Assembly (NCBI GenBank): GCA_951406725.2
Contig: OX597814.1
Coordinates: forward strand, 195,672,001 to 195,736,000
Length of the DNA: 64,000 nt
Reading direction: 5' to 3'
Origin: Octopus vulgaris
Taxonomy: Eukaryota
The notes under the pieces are model-generated. The model worked only from the letters and a program-made list of their open reading frames with translations. It did no database searches and was not told the DNA's origin. Positions 1 through 13,129 of the stretch are shown piece by piece; the stretch's first letter is position 1, and each line of letters opens with the position of its first letter. The translations under genes and the position numbers were made by a program.

Positions 1-828
1 CAAGAAAACGAGAATTAAAATATAAATAAGAACACCAAATGCTATGTGTAAAAGACCAGTAAACCGTCTTATTAAATTTATTGAACTATTCTGGCCGAAA
101 GCAAATCGGCGTCACCTATACGAATAATGCAGAGCAAAACACACACACACACACAGACACACACACACACACACACAGACACACACACACACAGACACAC
201 ACACACATACAGACACAAACAGACACACACACACAGACACATACAGACACACACACACATTAATGGAATTTAAGGAAGTTAGCATCAATGTTTTAAACTA
301 TTGTATATATATATATATACAGACTCATATATTTATGTGTGTGTGTATATGCACATCTAATTGATATCACTCTCTCACAGACTCTTTCTTCCTCTTATCC
401 TTCCCCCCTTTCTCTCTCAAATTCCTTCATCACTGTTTTACCCTCTTTCTCTCTTTCTGCCTCTATTCATACATGCATGCATACATGCATAGAAACATAG
501 AAATATCCACCCACACGCACACACACACATACATACATATAATGCATATATACAAGATACAGCATATATATAGATAGGATATATATAAATATATATAATA
601 TTTACATATGTATATATATATATATATATATACATATGTATATTTATAGTATATATATGTACATATATATGCATGCCCGCATATATATGTATCTACATAT
701 ATGTGCAACCACGTATGCATGCTAATATATATGTAAAACAGAAATAATTATGCAGAAAAGTAGTTATATTCAGATTTACACAGCGAAAAACATACACACA
801 CACAAATAAGATGTACATATATATGCAT

Positions 829-868
<40 letters not shown>

Positions 869-928
869 ACGTACATATATACATATATATATATATATAT
901 ATATTATTCGTATATATATACATATACG

Positions 929-964
<36 letters not shown>

Positions 965-1662
965 AACGCACTCATACACACACACATATATATTTATGCG
1001 TATATATGTGCGTATATATACATATAAACATATATATATATATATATATATATGTTTATATGTATATATACACACTCACAAATACATATATACATACATA
1101 CACCCACACACGTACACGCGGGTGCTCGCGCGCACACACACACGCACGCACACACACACGCACGCACACACACACGCACGCACACACACACACCAAAATG
1201 TATACACTTATGTGCATTTGTAGAAAGAGACACAAAAGAAATTACAATAGAACGGAAAGAATGCGTCTTAGAATTTGCTACTTAATTTGAAGTAGAAAGA
1301 AAAACGCGGAAAGTTAGAGAACGAAAATGAGTGAGAAAGTTTACACGTTGCAAAATGTAAAATAAATGAAGAAATAAAGAATTTCATGTTAAAATGGATA
1401 ACTCTGAAATAATGAACAAAATACAAAAAAAAAATATTCAAGAAATATAAATTGCACAAAAAGAAACTAGACTATAGCGAAGTAACAATACTTCATCAAT
1501 AAAGATTATTTGATTTCGGTTGAGAAATTTATTGGTATAGGAACATCAAATGGATATTAACTAGAAATAATGATCTTAACTTTAAATTAGTGATACGTAT
1601 TTCCTACTGGCAATGGAATCATTCCGGTTTCGAATCAGCCAACTCTATGATAAACTTATATA

Positions 1663-1980
1663 TATTTCTTTATTGCCCACAAGGGGCTAAACATAGAGGA
1701 AACAAACAAAGACAGACAAAGGGATTAAGTCGATTACATCGAACCCCCAGTGCATAACTGGTACTTTATTTATCGACCCCGAAAGGATGAAAGGCAAAGT
1801 CGACCTCTTAAAAAGGTTGTGGCGAAAGAGTCAGCAGAAGTTCGCCGTTACCTTTTGCCGGAGCCGCGTGGAACTTAGGTGTTTCGCTCATAAACACACA
1901 CATCGCCCGGTCTGAGATTCGAACCCGCGATCCCTCGACCGCGAGTCTGCTGCTCTAACCACTTGGCCATGTGCCTCCAG
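1663..1980 (-). mobile_element. Composite SINE: family A 3' half joined to a family C-like tRNA head
   Basis: 1663-1806 matches the family A tail (cf. 8533-8690); 1855-1980 matches the family C head (cf. 11180-11302). Confidence 0.75.
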
Positions 1981-2077
1981 TGAAAAACTTACATAATCCT
2001 GCTAATCTGCTAATAAGCTTCGAATTTCGAGACGAGAATGGTTTAAATATTTTCTGACAATATGATCGCCTCTATTT

Positions 2078-2285
2078 AAGGTGGCGAAGGCGTAGAATTT
2101 TTAGCATGCCAAGCTAAATGCTTAGCAGTGTTTCGTCTTTGTGAGTTCGAGTTCCGTCGAGGTCGACTTTGCCTTTCATCCTTTCGGGATCGATAAAATA
2201 ACGTCCTGTTGAACACTCAGGTCGATGTAATTGACTATCCCCGTCCCACTAAAATTTCAGGCCTTGTGCTTATAGTAGAAAGTAT
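2078..2285 (+). mobile_element. SINE family A, older copy
   Basis: tRNA-like head plus gtcgactttgcctttcatcctttcggg domain. Confidence 0.75.
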
Positions 2286-3442
2286 TACTTCATATGGCTC
2301 CTCTAAAGAACTAGTTCTGTAGCCTCGGATCATAAGTCATACAAGACAAGAAGAGGGCTTCTTGGTGCCACAGAACTAGGTCGTTCGAGTTTCGAAAAAT
2401 AGCAGCTAAATCACCTTCAAATCACATCGTCTAAGTAATAAAAAAATAAGGCAGTGAATACATTAGATGTGAGGGTACTGTTCATGGGAAAATGGGATGG
2501 TCACGGCAGGAACACCTTTGACAAATGTTTGCTGGATCAGAAGTGATACAGGGCTAAGCAGCAGCAGCAGAATCACCAGCAGCAACGACAAGAGCCGATG
2601 CATTATACTACTGTCACGCAGTTGCCTCCCCTTGAACTCTGAAATAAACACGTCCACTATCTTACACCCCTAAAACAGCCTCGAATCAGATCTTCCTTTC
2701 CGATAGAGATTCTCCACCGATCATTAAAACTCCAAAGGAAACATTAACCAAACTAATGTTTGATCCAATAAAGTCTGTGGAGAAAACAAAACTAACGTTT
2801 CGTTCTGTGGAGAGAGAGAAAACGCGGGAGAGAGTGTTGGTGGCGGGAGAGAGAAGGATCTTTCTATTATAAATGAAAACATCAAAGAGATATCATTTCT
2901 AAGCAAATGTCTAATGTTCTCTGTCAGGCATCAACGCTTCACTGACAATGTTAGAAGAGTTCACAGAAAATAAATTACACCTGACGTATATCTATTCCAT
3001 TTTACCAGAGCCCTGACTTAAAACAAGTTGGCAATTCCGTCATTGTCATAATGATAATTTTTTTCTACTTGGCATATTTCCCTTAATACTATAAGCTCTT
3101 TGGCTGCTTTCGAACCTAGCGCTGCTGCCAATTGCCTCTGCCTCACCATGCTAATCATAGATAGAAATAAATACTAATAGAATATTAAAATATGGTAGAC
3201 GGTTCGTTAAAACGACAGTCAGTTTATACCTAAACCTAACATTTTATTTGTATCACTGTTAAAGTGGTTTTATTTTCTGAAGTTAGACAAAAGAAGAAGG
3301 ATATTATTCATATCTTTCATAGATTTTCGTAAATAAGTGAAATGGGCCCAATTGGTGTCTAACTTCAAACCTGAACAGAGAGGCAGCGATCTGGTATGGT
3401 TTGCAACAAAATTAACAAATGAAGCCTCAACAAATGTCCATA

Positions 3443-3630
3443 GGCACAGGCGTGGTTGTGTACTAAGAAGTTTTCTTCCCAACCACATGGTTCCCGGTTC
3501 AGTCCTACTGCGTGGTACCTTGGGCATGTGTTTTCTACTATAGCTTCGAGCCAACCAAAGTTTTGTGAGTGGATCTGGCGGACAGAAACTGACAGAAACC
3601 TGTCTTATATATGTGTCACAACATATATGT
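3443..3630 (+). mobile_element. SINE family B, 5' half
   Basis: Matches 39389-39550 (accacatggttcc..cccactgcgtggcaccttgggc..gtgagtggat). Confidence 0.75.
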
Positions 3631-3791
3631 GTTTGAAAAGATAATAGAAAGCGTTCAAACATACTCGAAAAAAATTTCATCAAAAAAGTTTAGTCACGTT
3701 CTGAGAAAGAATTTACAACTTTCTTAAAAAAATAACTTTTTAAAGAAATCTTTTTATACCTGTTAAAAGTGTCAAATAATTTTCAGAAAGA

Positions 3792-3868
<77 letters not shown>

Positions 3869-3961
3869 TTATATATATATATTTTCAAAATGTGACCACG
3901 TGTGTACCATTGGCGATTTTTTCCCTCTGTCTTCCCTTCTCTGGATCTTTCCTTCTCCTAT

Positions 3962-3996
3962 GTTTCCGACGAAGAGCTCCGCTCGAAACGTTAAAC
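3962..3996 (+). ncRNA. Minimal type I hammerhead ribozyme variant (U4C core, extra A after A9)
   Basis: gttt-CCGACGA-a-gagc(tcc)gctc-GAAA-cg-TT-aaac: stem I gttt/aaac, stem II gagc/gctc, palindromic AACGTT in place of stem III, GUU site. Lies in a ~200-bp cassette (3890-4097) between (TA)n tracts. Confidence 0.6.
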
Positions 3997-4091
3997 CCTC
4001 CTTCTTCCCTTCTTTCCTGAGCGTCCAATAATGCTATATTTGTTCCACGTCCTCGCGTTGTTGTGTTTTTTTTGTGTTGTCTTGTTTGGAT

Positions 4092-4150
<59 letters not shown>

Positions 4151-4337
4151 GATAATATATAATTTATAATATATAATATAATATAATATAATATAATATA
4201 ATATAACATAATATAATATATATACATACATACATATATATATATATTAATTTTTTGAAGTTTTATATTTTGATACCCAGGTATCGGTTATCATTTGAAT
4301 TATCCGTAACAAGATAATTCATTTATCTACTTCAATA

Positions 4338-4412
<75 letters not shown>

Positions 4413-4414
4413 AT

Positions 4415-5395
4415 GCTAATCAGGCAATCTAATGTTAATGCTAATCTTAAACAAAATACCAGTTTAAAATATTCTAGAATCAGTCTAATGTATTTTTTGC
4501 TAGTGCTACGAAGGGAAGTGCTATGGGTGTGTAAATAGTCTTCATAAGTTTTGAGATGATACAGTTGTTGCTTAAATAATTATTGCCGTATCAAGTATCA
4601 ATTACAAAGTAGATGATATTCCGTCTGCTGGTGAAAGATGTGTATTGGGAGAGAATTGTTCTCATGTCTAGACTTCGAAGTTACATCTTTTCTCTTGCTG
4701 CGCATATAAAAGACTGCTTGTGGTTATCAGTGATACCTCAGTAGGTTACTGACACAAAAATCTTTTCATTTTGAAACTGAAGGAATGGATATGCTGAAAG
4801 CTCTTAATACGCCTTCTCTTGAAAGTATTTTTAATTTCTGCCATTGCTATGAATGAAAGATATTGTAAACATTTCACTTGTGGCATTGATAAGCATTTAC
4901 ATATCAAGAAGACATGGCGTGAGATACCGAAAATTTATGTAGGTATTGGACCAAAATATAAAGTAGATTTTATTGCACTTAACGCTCAGCATTCACCGTG
5001 ACAAAATTAAGTGTTGATTGTTAATTGAACTGCATATTTCACAACGATTATAGCGTGCTTAACATTTATACTGCGTGGTGGATTGAACCAGATAATTTTT
5101 GTTGTTGATGTTCTTTGTGTGTATCGTATTTGTATATATTGCTGTCTCCCTTAATCTAACGTTTATTTAGCGAATACTTGAATTAATATTTAACGTGATC
5201 AAAACATTGTTTAAGGATATTTAGGATATTCTTCTTCTGGTGTTGCTCAAGAAATTGTACGATGGTAGGTTAGTGGGTAGAATCCCTATTAATGCTTAAC
5301 AGAGATTCGTTTGGTTTTCTAAACCTATAAACTAGTATTTAAGTATAATGTCGATAAATTGTACGTTAGAAAGCTTTATACGATTGAAGGTTAGT
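4415..5395 (-). pseudogene. Decayed Penelope-like element, C-terminal RT/linker region
   Basis: Manual minus-strand translation gives VQFIDIILK, RFRKPNESLLSINRDSTH*PTI and KIIWFNPPRSINVK, matching PLE motifs FLDV, YRKPN..YIN..SNHPP and IIWFNPP. Many stops and frameshifts. Confidence 0.7.
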
Positions 5396-5491
5396 CTCTG
5401 GATTCTCACACAAACGCAAATATTTACGCATGCAAATACATACATACACAGACACATGTATACATATATAACGTTTTGATCTCTCTATCTC

Positions 5492-5532
<41 letters not shown>

Positions 5533-5552
5533 ACATACATACATACATACAT

Positions 5553-5626
<74 letters not shown>

Positions 5627-5889
5627 GTATGTATGTATGTATAAACAATAAATCAAATAGAGAGATATAAATGACAATCCAATAATTTATTTATTTTATA
5701 ATATAAAATACTATAAATATAATATAATATAGCATCAACAATTATTTAACTTATTGTTTGTAATTTGCATATTTGCATTATACCCATATTTATGGGGTAT
5801 TCAACTGACGTACCAGTGACTTGGATATTTTACACACCCCTTCGAAGGAACTTTTTCCTTTGTTTGTTACCTTATATATGCGATTTTAA

Positions 5890-5919
5890 TATAGAGCAAC
5901 GCCGGGTATATTTGCTAGT
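5890..5919 (+). mobile_element. Possible Helitron 3' terminus
   Basis: gcaacgccgggtatatttgCTAG|t resembles the Helitron subterminal GC motif plus CTAG followed by T; the 5' arm of the hairpin is not evident. Confidence 0.35.
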
Positions 5920-6159
5920 ATTATATATAAACAAGCACACTCATACACACATATATACATACATACATAATACATATCCTTACATACATGCATGCGTACA
6001 TACATATATACAGATACACACATATGCACACACTCACTCACTCATTCACACACACACATATATATATCTCACAGGCACTCACATAGTTACAAATATATAT
6101 GTATATATTTATATATATATATACATATATATAAGTATATATATATATATATATAATTA

Positions 6160-6897
6160 TATTTAAAATTTAATAAGGGTAGAAGTTGATATTAATCAAT
6201 TAAAACCAGTGGCCCAGCATATTAAAAATCCGAAGATTAAAATATTTTTACATGCAAAATTTAAAGGATTGGCCACTAAAAGTGGACCGTAAACATGCTA
6301 GATATAGACGTCAAATCGCTATTTTCCACAAAAAATATGTTCTCAATATGGTCAGTCCTTTAAATTTTGTATGTAAAAATATTTTAATCTTCGGAATTTT
6401 TAATATGCTGGGACACTGGTGTTAATTGATTAATATCAATTTCTACCCTTATTAAATTTTAAATTGAATAAATATGTTCTCTAACCGGTAAATTGCCTGC
6501 TGCTAATTATTAGCTGCGGGGTGGTTTTTCCGATCTCAGCCGGCCGAAGTGAAGGCATTTGAAAGATACACAAAAATATAATCGGTTGGACTCCATGCAT
6601 GCGAGACTCCGGTCAAACGTTTTTGCATCTAGTCCTGCAAATTGTATTTTCTCTATTGGCAGACCATGCTGACGAGATTACAGTTTATCCTTGCGGATAT
6701 TAATAATCGAAACTGATTCAGTACATGGGTAATCATTTTTATTTCGTATATTTTCATTTGTCTTGCTTATTTTTAATGCTTTGGTTTTGTGCTGAGTTTT
6801 TATTTGAGAACATATTCTTTGTGGAAAATAGCGATTTGACGTCTATATCTAGCATATTGAAATCCACTTTTAGTGGTCAGTCCTTTAGATTTTGTAT
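6160..6897. mobile_element. Rearranged PLE terminal-repeat (pLTR)-like cassette with internal inverted duplications
   Basis: ~6160-6275 is the reverse complement of ~6350-6470, and ~6255-6347 of ~6803-6897. Contains an HHR, is flanked by (TA)n, and is similar to 18815-19000 and 46670-46920. Confidence 0.7.
6664..6728 (+). ncRNA. Type I hammerhead ribozyme
   Basis: ccatg-CTGACGA-gatta...taatc-GAAA-ctg(att)cag-TA-catgg; canonical core, three helices, GUA cleavage after 6723. Confidence 0.85.
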
Positions 6898-6968
6898 ATA
6901 TATCATTATAGATATATACATATATATATGTATATATATATTTGTATATTTATATATGTATACATATA

Positions 6969-7017
<49 letters not shown>

Positions 7018-7030
7018 TTATATATATTTA

Positions 7031-7092
<62 letters not shown>

Positions 7093-7536
7093 CAGTATAA
7101 TTAATTTTCGATTGATTGATTAATGCCGGTGAAGATAAATAATAATCACTACATTTTCGACATTTGAAAGTTATTTTTAAAAAATATTTTCATTTGATCA
7201 ACTTTGATAAAGATCATGTAATAATCGCTAAGAAATATGATGTAATATATCTGAAGTAGCAGTCATTGAAGTAGACACGAAAGGAGTCGGGGTTACAAGG
7301 AAGAGGGTGAAGAGACATCGGTTGAGAAGTGGAGGATGAGTAATACAGTCCAAAATAATTATATACGTTTTGTTTGTGTGTAGGTATATATGCGTTGTGT
7401 GGTGGTGGTGGTGGCGTGTGTGTGTGTGTGCGTGTGTGTAGATTTAAATACGTATACATACATAAGCTGTTATATATATGTATACATATATATATATAGT
7501 ATTATATATTCACACATTTACATACATATATATATG

Positions 7537-7583
<47 letters not shown>

Positions 7584-7743
7584 ACATATGCTTGTAAGTG
7601 TGTATGTAAGTATATTTGTATGTACATATATATGTATATATGCATACATATAGGTATATATATGCATACCTATACTGTCTCACACGCATATATCTATGCT
7701 TACAAGATAAGCATTTACATTTACACTTACAAAGATATACTTA

Positions 7744-7904
<161 letters not shown>

Positions 7905-8532
7905 GAGTAAGTGTATGTATGTGTGTCTATGTATGAACTGTAGTTTTTGGTGGCTTTAGCATTACAATTATTTTCGTGCAGCCAAGTAAAAGATATTAAT
8001 ATAGAATTTGGTCAGACATCGAATATTGTTTGTTTTTTGATACAATGTAACGTTTTGTCTATCAGTTAAAAAAAAATCCACGTTGTTTGTTTATTTGCAA
8101 ATATATTTTTGTTAGGCTTCTCTGTTCAAGATCTCTGCCGTATGAAGAAGATATGTTTTTGTGTCAGGTACAATAGCAAAACTTAAGCGGAAGTGATATT
8201 CACCATGGGAGCTGAGGGAATAGGAAGCCATTATATTAACGGTAAGAGACACAGAGAAAAAGAAATAAACAAAAACAAATTCAAGGTGTTTATGAGAATG
8301 TGGGGGCACTGTGTTGCTGAGAGAGTCTTTGACAAAAAAATGTGACTTTTGATACGAGGTCCAGGAGGATTTTTGTGCATATATCAGGATAGTAGATATA
8401 GAAAAAGTCTGGTAATGTAGGTCATTCATTGGATTTCGCTGAGATTATTAACTGAGCTGAAGGATTTTCTAGCATTAAAGAATAAGGCTCGCTTATGAGG
8501 AGGAGAACGGTTTTAGTAATATCATATCTGTA

Positions 8533-8767
8533 TATATTTCTTTATTGCCCACAAGGGGCTAAACATAGAGGGGACAAACAAGGACAGACAAAGGGATTAA
8601 GACGATTACATCGACACCAGTGCGAAACTGGTATTTTATTTATAGACTCTGAAAGGATGAAAGGCAAAGTCAACCTCGGCAGAATTTGAACTCCGAACGT
8701 AACGACAGACGAAATACCGCGAAGCATTTCGCCCGGCGCGCTATCGTGTCTGCCAGCTCGCTGCCCT
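8533..8767 (-). mobile_element. SINE family A (tRNA head plus Meta-domain-like core)
   Basis: Reverse complement of the unit at 30036-30268 and 31068-31291. Confidence 0.85.
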
Positions 8768-9129
8768 CACTGTAAACTCACTTGATGGATCCAGTTGGCG
8801 GTTGCGTGATCCGCTATAAACAGTAGCTAGGTCTTCCTCAAACCATATGTTACTGTTATTTAAGGGAAAAGAACCGACCCGGAAATTATTATCCAAGGTA
8901 CATTCTCCGGAAAAAATATGAAATATGATGGTGTGGTCCTGGACAGAAAGTTTTAGATACAATGTTTTACCTTGATCAGAATTGGACAAGTGCTAATCTA
9001 CAAGAACGGCTTAGAGTTTGTGTTTGTGAAGCCTGACGTCTACAATTAGATCTTGACGTTTACACTCATGAATATTTTAAGGGTTGGAAGGGTATAGTAC
9101 TTCATTCTCGTTCATATAGTACTTAATTT

Positions 9130-9345
9130 TCGTTCAGGGCCACTTACTGCAACAGCCTGGGTTTCAAGGGCCCACAGCTTTTTAATATTCTCTCAAAGAA
9201 CCTGAGGGATCTACACAAAGTGGATGTAGGTGTTTTTCAAAACAAAACTGGATCTGTTCCTGTCAAAATTCCGAGATGCGGCAGGGGGCGCAAATGAGAG
9301 CAGCGACATCAAACTCCATTATTCACCCAAATGTCACATATCAGA
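9130..9345 (+). pseudogene. CR1-like LINE ORF2 C-terminal fragment
   Basis: Translates RATYCNSLGFKGPQLFNILSKNLRDLH..FKTKLDLFLSK, homologous to the C-terminus of the 13.1-15.7 kb element. Confidence 0.65.
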
Positions 9346-9614
9346 GGAGGCTCTCACGTTTCGGGATTTTTCTCCAGACGCTGTCCAGCAGCAAATTCGG
9401 CGAACATTCATAACAGCTACAATATGTACGTGCAACTGATAATGATTACATTACTAGAACTGCTTTTTAATTCGTAACTTAATTTCTGCTAAAGAAATAA
9501 TGAGTTATTCTGTGTTTTTAAGCACACCAAGTCTTTTAAAGGAGTCTACATTATAACAAGGACTGCTGCTTCACAGCGTTTAACAACATACATTAAGTAT
9601 GTCATATTGATAAT

Positions 9615-10030
9615 ACTCTTACTCTTTTACTCTTTTACTTGTTTCAGTCATTTGACTGCGGCCATGCTGGAGCACCGCCTTTAGTCGAGCAAATCGACCC
9701 CGGGACTTATTCTTTGTAAGCCCAGTACTTATTCTATCGGTCTCTTTTTGCCGAACCGCTAAGTGACGGGGACGTAAACATATCGGTTGTCAAGCAATGC
9801 TAGGGGGACAAACACAGGAACACACATACACACACACACACACACATACATATATATACATATATACGACAGGCTTCTTTCAGTTTCCGTCTACCAAATC
9901 CACTCACAAGGCATTGGTCGGCCCGGGGCTATAGCAGAAGACACTTGCCCAAGATGCCGCGCAGTGGGACTGAACCCAGAACCATGTGGTTGGTTAGCAA
10001 GCTACTTACCACACAGCCACTCCTGCGCCT
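9615..10030 (-). mobile_element. SINE family B (CORE-like, internal microsatellite), full length
   Basis: Reverse complement of 39389-39795; tail (gtaaaaga)n. Confidence 0.85.
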
Positions 10031-10604
10031 ATGTTTACATTATTTAAGCTACTTCGAACACAAAAATTCTAATTATGTATTAGATTCAATTTGAATTATT
10101 ACGTTAAGCTTTCCTTTCGTTTATGTTATTTCCTCAATTTTCATGTTGTTCTGTCGAATGCTTCACAGAACGAAGAGATCCATGACCCTACTGGGGGCTT
10201 CATATCTCATTGGGGATGGTTCCTTATTGGTAACTCAATGCTCACAGCATGGTTTGAATTCCGTTCTGCAACATTAAGTACTGATAAATTTTCCTTGATA
10301 ACAATACAGCGGCTTACTACGGAGAGGTGTGTCTATGAAATACGTTTAATCACAGTTAGGTGGACTGGGCATGAAAGTATTAAGACTGTCAACGAAATGT
10401 TCAGCATTGCGACTGCGAAATAAATGGTCGACTGCCATTATCTGGCATTATCTTCGTTACTTAACTGACATTCATAACTAACATTCAGCTACGGAGCATT
10501 CTACAATAGATGTGTCATATTATTAGATTCAAGTTCAGTTTCTGTTCTAGCTTTTATTTTATATACCTATCTCCGTTTATCAAAGGTGGTTGGTCTCCTC
10601 ATAC

Positions 10605-10637
10605 GCACGCACGCACGCTCGCACAGACACACGGCCA

Positions 10638-10728
<91 letters not shown>

Positions 10729-10935
10729 GCACACACACACACACACACACGCACACAAACACACGCACACACACACACACACACACGGCCACGCGCACAC
10801 TCACAAACACACAAACACAAACACGCACACGTACACGCACACACACACGGCCACACACACATGCACACGCACACACACGCACACGCACACACACGCACAC
10901 GCACACACAAACACATACGCACACGTACGCACACA
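10605..10935. repeat. (CA)n-rich microsatellite, representative of dozens of (TA)n/(CA)n tracts
   Basis: Direct inspection; similar tracts at 139-259, 770-1190, 6895-7087, 36810-37310 and 47475-47645. Confidence 0.97.
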
Positions 10936-10982
10936 GTCAAATGAATGAGTAATAAAAGAATAATGGAGCATTTTTTTTTTAT

Positions 10983-11302
10983 TTATGCGCCCTTTTCAAG
11001 CCTAGCCAGGCTCATGGGCCCGGTTTCCTGGTTTCAGTGGCATATATATTCCCCCACCCCAGCTGGACGGGACGCCAGTCCACCGCAGCATTACTCAAGA
11101 AACAGAGAGAGAGAGAGTGAGTGAGTGAGAGAAAGTTGGGGCGAAAGAGTACAACAGGGGTCGCCCCAACACCTGCAGGAGCCTCGTAGAGCTTTAGGTG
11201 TTTTCGCTCAATAAACACACACAACGCCCGGTCTGGGAATCGAAACTGCGATCCTCCGACCGCGAGTCCGCTGCCCTAACCACTGGGCATTTGCGCCTCC
11301 AC
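10983..11302 (-). mobile_element. SINE with family C head and alternative 3' tail
   Basis: Head gtggaggcgcaaatgcccagtggttagggcagcggactcgcgg..ttcgattccc (A/B boxes); tail shared with the next element. Confidence 0.8.
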
Positions 11303-11304
11303 CT

Positions 11305-11555
11305 AAATGCGCCCTTTTAAAGCCTAGCCAGGCTTATGGGCCCGGTTTCCCAGTTTCTATGGCGTATGTGTCCCCCAGCTGTACGGGACGTCAGTCCATC
11401 GCAGCGTTACTCATTTTTGCCAGCTGAGTGGACTGGAGCAACGTGAAATGAAGTGTTTTGCTCAAGAACACAACGCGTCGCCCGGTACAGGAATCGAAAC
11501 CACAATCTTACGATCATGATGCTGACACGCTAACCACTAAGACACGCGCCTCCAC
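11305..11555 (-). mobile_element. SINE family D (tRNA head plus gtgttcttgagcaa..ccactcagctg core)
   Basis: Core matches 41590-41670 and 37800-37865; ~100-bp tail shared with 10983-11095. Confidence 0.8.
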
Positions 11556-11774
11556 TATAGAACATATAGGTTAAATAAAATTTTCGTTCTGAGATCCTAT
11601 GTTGTCCTGAGCACTGTGGATTGTCGTTGGGGTGCGCTTTTGCAGTTCACACAGAATCTCTGATAGCCGAAGCATTATTGCAGACCAGTTCTTGATAAGC
11701 GTACCGTGTTATCGCAGATCAGTGATAAATGAGGATAGATGTATATATATTGACGTTGACACTACTTACCTAAT

Positions 11775-12143
11775 GGGGGCGCAATGGCCCAGTGGTTAGG
11801 GCAGCGGACTCGCGGCTTCGATTCCCAGACCGGGCGTTGTGAGTGTTTATTGAGCGAAAACACCTAAAGCTCCACGAGGCTCCGGTGGGGGATGGTGGTG
11901 ATCCCTGCTGTACTCTTTCACCACAACTTTCTCTCACTCTTACTTCCTGTTTCTGTTGTACCTGTATTTCAAAAGGCCGGCTTTGTCACTCTCTGTGTCA
12001 CGCTGAATATCCCCGAGAACTACGTTAAGGGTACACGTGTCTGTGGAGTGCTCAGCCACTTACACGTTAATTTCACGAGCAGGCTGTTCTGTTGATTCGG
12101 ATCAACCGGAACCCTCATCGTCGTAACCGACGGAGTGCTTCCC
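11775..12143 (+). mobile_element. SINE family C, full length, ~32-bp TSD
   Basis: Nearly identical to 38189-38570 (minus); atatatattgacgttgacactacttacctaat at 11743-11774 and 12144-12175. Confidence 0.9.
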
Positions 12144-12684
12144 ATATATATTGACGTTGACACTACTTACCTAATCCAAACAAAAACTCCACGTGTCAAT
12201 AGAAAGCTGTTTCAAACAACCGGACAGCGGCTGTATCACTGTTTCGATACACAACTGTAGAATACATACGTTTGGTAAATCAAGACTGATATCGGTTGGT
12301 TTATTAAAAGAAAACAGTAAAAATAATATACGGCAGCCACTTCACTTTCTAAACTTGTCTCAACAAGCGGCACTTGAGTTGGTACCAGACTAAAATACAC
12401 CGCAACATTTTATACAACAACTGAAAATAACAAATGATAGAAGAGAATTTTTATTAGCTTTGAATTCTATTAAGAAAAGATTTTATTGTTTTGCTGTTCG
12501 AATTCTACGTCTAGTAGTCAGACACATTACCATTCACAGTTTAAAAAAAAATAATGTATTTGAAATGTCTCTTACACATCTAGATGTAATATATAATTTC
12601 ATTTTAGTGCTTCATCATAATTTTTACTGATTATTTAAAAAAAAAAAATGATCATTGCTTTCTTAATCTTGCAAAGATTTAAGT

Positions 12685-12728
<44 letters not shown>

Positions 12729-12876
12729 TATCATCATCAACATCGTTTAACATCCGCTTTCCATGCTAGCATGGGTTGGACGATTTTAACTGAGGACTGG
12801 TGAACCAGATGGCTGCACCAGGCTCCAGCCTGATCTAGCAGAGTTTCTACAGCTGGATGCCCTTCCTAAGGCCAAC
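12685..12876 (-). mobile_element. 3' part of a SINE/LINE with an (ATG)n tail
   Basis: Minus strand gttggccttaggaagggcatccagctgtagaaac..ccaacccatgctagcatggaaagcggatgttaaacg followed by (atg)n. Confidence 0.55.
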
Positions 12877-13129
12877 TATGTATGTTTGTACGTATATATA
12901 TATACATATCCATATATATAGATATATATACACATATATATGCATATATATACATATGTATACTTATATATACATATATGTATATATACATACATACATA
13001 TATATATATATATACATATATATACATTTATATATATGCATACATATATATATACATACATATATATATACATACACATATATATACATTTATATATATG
13101 CATACATATATATACATACATATATATAA

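Noticed and set aside
78-1290. Many ORFs of YI/HT/CV dipeptides here and throughout the window
   Set aside because: They are translations of (TA)n, (CA)n and (CATA)n microsatellites, open in several frames and strands.
8112-8429. 105-aa minus-strand ORF, possibly a LINE 3' remnant
   Set aside because: Similarity is too weak to call.
11775-11835. tRNA genes at SINE heads
   Set aside because: A/B boxes are present, but each continues into a repeated SINE body and lacks a full cloverleaf.
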